Shown here piece by piece: positions 23,271 through 29,739 of a stretch of 32,000 nucleotides of DNA. A program made the translations under genes and the position numbers. The notes beneath the pieces are model-generated. The model was not told the origin of the DNA, did not search any database, and was given only the letters and a program-made list of their open reading frames with translations. Origin of the DNA: Wallemia ichthyophaga EXF-994 (lineage: Eukaryota > Fungi > Basidiomycota); contig NW_008806280.1 of the NCBI RefSeq assembly GCF_000400465.1, positions 507,634 through 539,633 on the forward strand. Reading direction: 5' to 3'. Position 1 is the first letter of the stretch; the number at the start of each line of letters is the position of its first letter.

Positions 23271-25245
23271 TTAAACACGTTCATTGTGCATCACTGATCC
23301 TTTTTCAGTGGAGTAGATGGAATCCGTTCCAACTCTCTTCATTTGTCTGTCATTGTCAAAGTTGGCCATGGGTCCGACCTCGTCATCCTCGTGATCACCC
23401 GCACCGGCTTCACCAGCAGTCTTGGCATTCTCGATATCCTTACCGAGATTCTCCTTACCAGCGAGAGCGGTGATGAAAATGAGAGCTCCAATGATTCCGA
23501 CGAAAATACCTGCTACCGTACTGTAATCTTCGATAACTTCACCACTGCAATTAATGATTGTTCTTGTTTCTGCAGCTCTGGCTTCTATTTGAGCTGAGGC
23601 ACTTGATACCATGTTACCGAGCTGATACGTCAATCCGGAGAACAGAGAACGGTATGCTGGTGGCGATGCTTCCTGCAAGAAGATTGGGATGACTGAAGAT
23701 AATTAATCAAATTAGCAAATGATAGCAAAAGAATTTGCAAACTCACCACCCCAAGCGCCCTGTACACCGAATTGAACAAAGAACACACCGGCTGCCAAAG
23801 AATTGAAGTCCATTGGAATGACCCAGAGTGGAATAAATGCACACGCAATTACGGCAAATAGTGCCATCGTGAATCTTCTACCAGCTTTTTGCGACACTGC
23901 ACCGGCAATCGTACCACCAACGACTGCACCGACGTTACCAATGATAGTGAGGAGTGTTGCATCATGTGAGGTTTTACATTTTGCAGTTTCCTGTATTTCT
24001 GGTAAGAGGTGGGTGTTATACATCAGTTGAACACTCACGAAGATCTTTGTGAGAAGGTCTTGTGAGGCGTGGGAGAAAAAGTTGAATAATGTCATCACCC
24101 AGAAACAGTAAAGAGCCATAATCCAGTAGTTCTTAATCATTTTCCAGATTTCCCTCAAGTATGTCTTAGAAGACACTTGCTGATAATCGCCTGATTCGAT
24201 CTGCTCCTTCTTACGTGCCTTGGCTGCCTTGTACGTGTCACTTTCTGGGACAAACATTCTAATTATACCTGCTGCCCATGACAGACCAGCACCTGTGAGG
24301 TGTGAGTGAGGTGTTGATAATTTAAGACACAACCCACCCAAGTAAAACAAACCACGGTATCCAATGTTATCAGGCAATCCCGGCACAAATCCCAGGTTTA
24401 CAACAGCAGCAACTAGGTATCCGACTGCATAACCCTGTTGGAAGATACCTGGTTGGCTTTGTTAGAAATATATTGTTAGTTGCTACCGACGCACCCGAGA
24501 AAAGACCTCTTGCCTCAGAGGGAAGAGACTCAAGTGCAATACTACTTGCAGGTCCGAAAATGGCACCCATTCCTACTTAATGTGAGATGGTTTGGAGGGA
24601 GTGGAGGTTGTCTAAACACACCAATTCCGTAAAGAGACCTGACCTAATGCACTGTCAGCCTAAGTGTAAACATAAATGTTCAAACTCACTGCCAAGAATT
24701 GCGAGAACGTTTTTGCGTACGCAGTTGCCAGAGATAAAGCACCGATGATCGCCATCGTCACGACCAAGACATTGCGTCTACCGAACTTGTCACTAATCAG
24801 ACCACTAATAAGTGCTCCAGCTGAACGCAAAAGAAGCGTGAGAGTCATTGAGGTGGTGATACTCGTTGTGTCTCGCTCGTAATATTCACTAAGCGGGGTG
24901 ACAGACAATGAAACACTGTAACACTAATGTGAGCCGGACATTACGCAAATCGATAATCCAGCCTACCTGAAATAATCATATGCGTCCATGAACCAACCTG
25001 CGTGCTTATGTCAGAAAATTGTCTAAGAAAATTTTAGTGCGACGAAATCGGAGGCTGATTTAGGTGTACTATCAATCAATTACAGCCTTACAGACTTCTT
25101 TCGCACCTTTGTGACACTTACAGAGCCATGCACTCAAGTATTGCATCCAGCCAAGAAAAGTGCTGAGAGTCTTGGTAAGAATGACGAGACTTGACGAATG
25201 GAATTGACTCACATATGTTTGCAGACCTTGAAGCTGAACCGTCAT
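23271..25245 (-). CDS. JEN1: JEN1-like carboxylate:H+ symporter (MFS), many short exons; 5' exon structure uncertain
   Basis: GWFMDAYDYF, TLTLLLRSAGALISGLISDKFGRR, ALESLPSEARGLFSG, QQGYAVGYL, NFFSHASQDL, VQFGVQGAWG and YQLGNMVSSASAQIE motifs. Confidence 0.9.
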
Positions 25246-25813
25246 GTAAGAGGGGATAAAAACTAAATGTAATTTACCCACGGATTCAAGCTGTACTGTC
25301 TATATACGATATTAGCTGGGATATCGCGGAGATAGCAAGGACACTCACTGTTCAGGGTTTTTCGATACTTTAAAGTGCTCGATAACTGCTTGTTTGATCT
25401 TAGCCATTGTTGCTTTTGTTGTTGCTCGTCGCTGCTAAGTAGATTGGTAGGTTGGTTGAGGCTTCGCCGTAAGATGGATTTGATTGAAAGTGTGGGACAA
25501 AAACAAAGAAGCTCTCGTCGTTGTATTTAAATAGAACGGAGAACGGACCACGGACATTTATAGTCTGACAATCAGCTGGGCTGTTTTAACCATTTGACCA
25601 CGAGTGAGTTCCTGACAACATTAATAAGAGGACATGGGTGGAGTTGACGTGTTCATTGCGCTATTATTTGGTCCGCTGGTTACCTTCCTGTTTGAGGGGT
25701 TGGAGTAGGGTCCCGCACTAATGCATTCCTCTACTAAATGGCAAAGGCTCCGACCTCTTTACAGTAAGTGCAGCATCATTGAACAGTCTCAATAACGAAA
25801 AAGTGTAAAAATA

Positions 25814-26551
25814 ATGATACCAGCTCGTCGCCAACAAGCCCAACCTGGCCAATGGCAGTCAAACTGGCCAAGCCCGCAGAATAATCCGAGCAGCCAAGAT
25901 GTTACGGAGAAATCGGCAAGCTCAGCAGGTGAGTTGTCATAGTCAGCAGGTCACCCTCGATCACTGACATTGTGATCAGTTACGACAGGCGAATCACAAC
26001 CTGAGCCAGAATCTTCACAAGAATCCTCACAAGAACAGGATCGTGACACGCTGAGTGATAAGGGCAAGTCAGCACTTGCGCCGACGCTGACGATATTCAT
26101 CGTGATCGCGCTTGTCGCAGTGGCACTTCTGTACTGGACACGCAGGAGAAAGAGATTCGTGAAAGACGAGCAGAAGAAGCTCGAGGTGGAGACAGTCAGC
26201 TCAACAGACAAGGATTACAAGGGTGACATGTTTGATAGGATAGAGAGTCCACCGCCAATATATACCAGAAGTAGCAGTTTATCCGTACCGACGAGAAAGG
26301 ACTTTATTAACGGAAATCGCGACAACGACGAGAACCGTGAATTTTCTGACTACTCACTCACGGCGCCGACAGTGAGATTTGGTGGCTCTCAAATACCATC
26401 TAGAAGTTCATCTGTGACGAGTATGCCCGCATCAAATAGCCGTGCCAATTCATACGCGGGCACAGGCAGCAATCGATCAAGTGTGGCTAATCCAAATATG
26501 GTACTCCCACCAAAGACGTATACGCCATTTGAAGAAACAATGAGAAATTAA
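25814..26551 (+). CDS. Single-pass membrane protein with cytoplasmic PPxY motif (paralog A)
   Basis: ATG at 25814 and intron 25929-25979 give an in-frame join to ORF 26102-26551. The TM segment SALAPTLTIFIVIALVAVALLYW is followed by RRRKR, then ESPPPIY. Confidence 0.7.
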
Positions 26552-26893
26552 TGCATGTACTAAATTTATTATGAATCAACATTCGTTTATGTGAACAAAA
26601 CCACCAAGTGCGATTAGGTGTTTACCGGTATTATTTGTATAAATCAGGCTTGTTACACGGAATTTTATTATTTATCACACTGGTCTACCTTGCTCGATTA
26701 GATTGGATAGATATGACTTCTCGCAGCGTGTACATAAAAGAAGAGCGACAACTCAATTCTAGAAAATGTGGCAAATCTGGCATTCATTCACTTTAATTGA
26801 GATTTCCTCAGCTTAGCTTAGGCACGTATTCATACCAAAGTCCAAAGGCTAAACACTAGCCTCTCACTCTACTTTCCCTATCATCGCAAATCG

Positions 26894-27976
26894 ATGCGGT
26901 TGAAATTAAGCAGAAAGTTGTCAAACAGGCAAGCAACTCTCCCAGATGGTTTTGAAGGCTCGGGTTTGAAGATGGGTTCAAGTAACACCGGCAATAGTGA
27001 AACACAAAAGCAAGCAGGTCAATCTGAAGATGAAGCAGACGATGTCTTCAATATCCCTGAAAGTGAGTCTTACCTTGTACATCCAAAACAAACTAACAAT
27101 ATCCAAGACCCTCCTGACTCTGACCAGCCAAAAATCGACCAGCACCAACATGGCAACGAGAATCACAACGAATATTCCTCAGCTCTCGCACCCTCACTCA
27201 CCATTGGTATCGTCGCAATCATCATCATTTCTGCCGTCGTCGTTCGCTACATGAGAAGGAAGAAGAAGCTGGAAATGCTCGGCAACGCTCCAAACAAACA
27301 GAGCGAAAAGGAGAAGCAGCTGGTGGACAATGAGCCGTATGCCAACTCTTCATTAAACTACGGTGACTACGACACTACGCCTCCACCCACATACACAATC
27401 CTGCCTCGGAGTACGTCCCTTAACACTCACGGCACCTTCGGCAACGACCAATTTGGCACTATAAACAGTGTCAACAGTGGTATCAACCAATTTGGCGCTA
27501 TGAACAGCGTCAACAGCGGCAACAACCAATTTGGCACCATAAACAGCGCCAACACCGTCAACACCATGCAAGATCTCCCTCCGACACCAGCCCCTGAAGA
27601 CGAGGGGGACTTGCGTGGACTTGAACCACCAAGGAGACCTTACGTACAATCGCCGCCAACTGTTCATTTTGCACCAATCATGCCGCGCTCCTCCTCCCTT
27701 GGGAGCGTTAATTTGCCGCAATCAGCTTCCCAAGGTAGTGTCAGGAGTGTAAATGAACGTACTGCCAGTCCAACTGAGCGCGCTGCAAGTCCATTATCAC
27801 ATTCATCAAGTCATGCTTCTTTTCGACCACAGTCTGTCACACCGGTGCCCAGAAAAACCCCTTCCCCATCCCAACTAGTTTCGCCTCCGGCAAGTCAATC
27901 GCAGCCATCATCTCCCGCCTCAGTCACCTTCGTCAAGTCTCCACCTCCATACGCTCCATCTCCCCCACCTGGCTAA
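26894..27976 (+). CDS. Single-pass membrane protein with PPxY motifs and Asn-rich repeat (paralog B)
   Basis: 360-aa ORF. The TM segment SALAPSLTIGIVAIIIISAVVV is followed by RYMRRKKK; it carries PPPTY and PPPY motifs and a Ser/Pro-rich tail. The start is uncertain. Confidence 0.75.
   Translation: MRLKLSRKLSNRQATLPDGFEGSGLKMGSSNTGNSETQKQAGQSEDEADDVFNIPESESYLVHPKQTNNIQDPPDSDQPKIDQHQHGNENHNEYSSALAPSLTIGIVAIIIISAVVVRYMRRKKKLEMLGNAPNKQSEKEKQLVDNEPYANSSLNYGDYDTTPPPTYTILPRSTSLNTHGTFGNDQFGTINSVNSGINQFGAMNSVNSGNNQFGTINSANTVNTMQDLPPTPAPEDEGDLRGLEPPRRPYVQSPPTVHFAPIMPRSSSLGSVNLPQSASQGSVRSVNERTASPTERAASPLSHSSSHASFRPQSVTPVPRKTPSPSQLVSPPASQSQPSSPASVTFVKSPPPYAPSPPPG
27446..27562 (+). repeat. Three 39-bp tandem units encoding (D/N)QFG(T/A)(I/M)NS(V/A)N(S/T)xx
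   Basis: ACCAATTTGGC recurs at 39-bp spacing; the translation is DQFGTINSVNSGI NQFGAMNSVNSGN NQFGTINSANTVN. Confidence 0.9.
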
Positions 27977-28087
27977 CTGAAGAAAGACAATGTATTTATA
28001 TCGAATGTACTCATGAATTAATGGTTTAATGGCTTATATTACTTAATGAAAAGAGAGTTGGCTAATTACTAAGCGAGCGTGATAGAA

Positions 28088-28975
28088 TCAGGGAATCAAA
28101 GAGTACGAGCGCTCAAAGTTTGGTGGGTCTTCATCGGCAAAGCATCCAAAGGGCGTGTCGTTATAGTCCGTCTCAGGTGGCTTGATTGAGCGTGGTTTAG
28201 GTGGCCAAAGCTTTGGGCGAAGCTGAGATGGATCCACCTGGCAAGAGTTTACCATCTGAACATTTGCTGGCTGTGAATGCATATCATCTATGGAAAAGTC
28301 GTTAAGCATCGCGCTGATAGTTTTGTCGATGCCGGACAATCCATCTGGAACGGCAGATTCTGTGCAACGGTTTGTCTTATCTTCAAGGTGTGTGTTATTT
28401 CCTACACACTCCTGATCGTTCTCCACCTGCTTTTGCTTTTGCCCCTGCTCCTTCTGCTTTTGCTTTTTTGGTTTTGCGCGACGCGTGAGCTTGACGCCAG
28501 GGTATTGGAGCTTGTGGTTTTCAGTCTCGATATTCGCCAAATAGTTATAACGGTCGCGCTGCGCTTTCGTGAGCTTGGAGTACTCTGCCGAGGCCAAACT
28601 CGAAACTTGGCCGACGGCCTTCACTTCACATCCTTCAGCTCTGCAGTTACATTAGCTAATATTTCCATCGATTTTTGCGCTCACTTACTTCAGCTTGTCC
28701 TGAAATTCGTTCCGAAATATTAGCCAAGCGCTGTGCTGGTTAAAGTGGACGTAATGAGAGTGGAGGTTGCTTACTCACTTCAACGGTTTGGTGATACTAT
28801 TTCTTTTCCTGCGTCTCTTTTTCGGTGGCTTGTCCTGTGTGGGTGCGACGGGTTCATCGGGAGCACCATGAGCACCGTGGGTACCAGCGTCGATAGCGTC
28901 TCCAAGTACATCGAAAGTCAACGCGTAATCACCCAAAGTATCAAACTCAGGCCAAGCTTGCAAGTACTCGGACAT
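28088..28975 (-). CDS. Divergent HMG-box (MATA/SOX type) transcription factor, 3 exons
   Basis: Two 48-bp introns (28731-28778 and 28641-28688) give ITKPLNAWLIFRNEFQDKLKAEGCEVKAVGQVSSLASAEYSKLTKAQRDRYNYLANIETENHKLQYPGVKLTRR, which aligns with the RPxNAFILFR...ISK...W..L...K..Y...A..EK..H...YP.YK consensus. A basic NLS (KKRRRKR) precedes it. Confidence 0.85.
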
Positions 28976-29328
28976 TGCTAATCATGTGACGCAGTAAAGG
29001 ATGCCCGTAAGGCACAGTAAGAGATTTTAAATACACATGAGCTATTCCACAGTGCATTTTCGCTTATTAAGCATTACAAACGCTAAAGGTGTAAGTGACC
29101 CTTTCCGCTGATCAACTGTGTGAGGAGTGTGTGAGATGCGAGTGGCTTACATTCTGCATGTCTTAGTATCTAGGTCTGCCGTGTGTGAAATCTCTTCACC
29201 TCCATGCTACCCCAACCATAACGTAAGCCAACAAATTGCTGAAATTTAAATCAAACGACCCGATCCAGAGCATTATACGCCAAAAAATAATGTGGAGCAA
29301 AGGTACAACAACATCGTCCAATAATTTT

Positions 29329-29370
29329 AAAAAATTATAAACTCAAGTATATTATGTACTTAGGGCAAAA
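29329..29370 (-). terminator. Candidate Pol III oligo-dT terminators downstream of the permuted tRNA
   Basis: T4 at 29370-29367 (6 nt after G37) and T6 at 29334-29329 on the minus strand. Confidence 0.5.
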
Positions 29371-29376
29371 TTATAA

Positions 29377-29452
29377 CCGTAGTCGAATACTCTACCATTG
29401 AGCCAGCCGGCCGTGGTGACCGACGCAGGGCTCGAACCTGCAACCTTTCGAT
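29377..29452 (-). tRNA. Circularly permuted tRNA-Arg(ACG): 3' half (29452-29417), CCAC spacer, 5' half (29412-29377)
   Basis: Minus strand reads A TCGAA AGGTT GCAGG TTCGAGC CCTGC GTCGGTC A | CCAC | GGCCGGC TG GCTC AATGGTA GAGT A TTCGA CT ACG G. Re-ordered, it gives a 72-nt cloverleaf in which all four stems pair. Confidence 0.88.
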
Positions 29453-29463
29453 ATCAGTTACTC

Positions 29464-29474
29464 CCATTGAGCTA
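29464..29474 (-). promoter_or_regulatory. Pol III A-box-like element (TAGCTCAATGG) upstream of the tRNA 3' half
   Basis: Matches TRGYNNANNNG and is nearly identical to the D-arm A-box of the 5' half (TGGCTCAATGG). It starts 36 nt before the B-box GGTTCGAGCC. Confidence 0.65.
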
Positions 29475-29614
29475 GTTTGAATATGTAAACGTCTTGATCT
29501 TTGTGAGGTGAAACTGCACACAAAGAGCAAGGCGCTGAGATTAATAAAAGAATTAAGTCTAAGATGTATTAAAAGAAAAAGTAGTCGTTTAAATAGTTTA
29601 GAATTCTAGGTTTT

Positions 29615-29697
29615 ATTCCCATTGTCTCGTTATCTTCATTGTCCTCGTGCATAATCATGCATAATCTTCATTGTTCTTTATTCTCATTGTTCTCATA
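29615..29697. repeat. Degenerate short tandem repeat built on CATTGT / (T)TATCTT units
   Basis: CATTGT occurs four times at irregular spacing, with recurring ATAATC/ATCTT motifs between. Confidence 0.5.
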
Positions 29698-29712
29698 GCG
29701 ACCATGATGTCA

Positions 29713-29739
29713 TTAGGTTTATAGGTTAGGTTAGGTTAG
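29713..29739 (+). repeat. Telomere-like (TTAGG)n tract, imperfect
   Basis: Read directly: TTAGG TTTA TAGG TTAGG TTAGG TTAG. Confidence 0.75.

Noticed and set aside
28088-28975. Calling this region the mating-type locus
   Set aside because: Only an HMG gene is present; no STE3 receptor, pheromone precursor or homeodomain gene was found in the window.
29414-29431. TGGTGACCGACGCAGGGC on the plus strand looks like an LTR-retrotransposon primer-binding site
   Set aside because: Complementarity extends over the whole tRNA 3' half, the matching 5' half lies directly beside it, no LTR or gag/integrase is visible, and the nearby element is non-LTR.
29417-29452. Initial reading as an isolated tRNA-Trp 3' fragment or pseudogene
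   Set aside because: The adjacent 5' half pairs with it in all stems and carries the anticodon ACG, so the unit is a complete permuted tRNA-Arg.
29445-29520. Hammerhead-like words (CTGATAT-CGAAA on minus; GTGAAAC on plus)
   Set aside because: There is no CUGANGA core with the required three stems, and CGAAA is explained by the tRNA anticodon stem.
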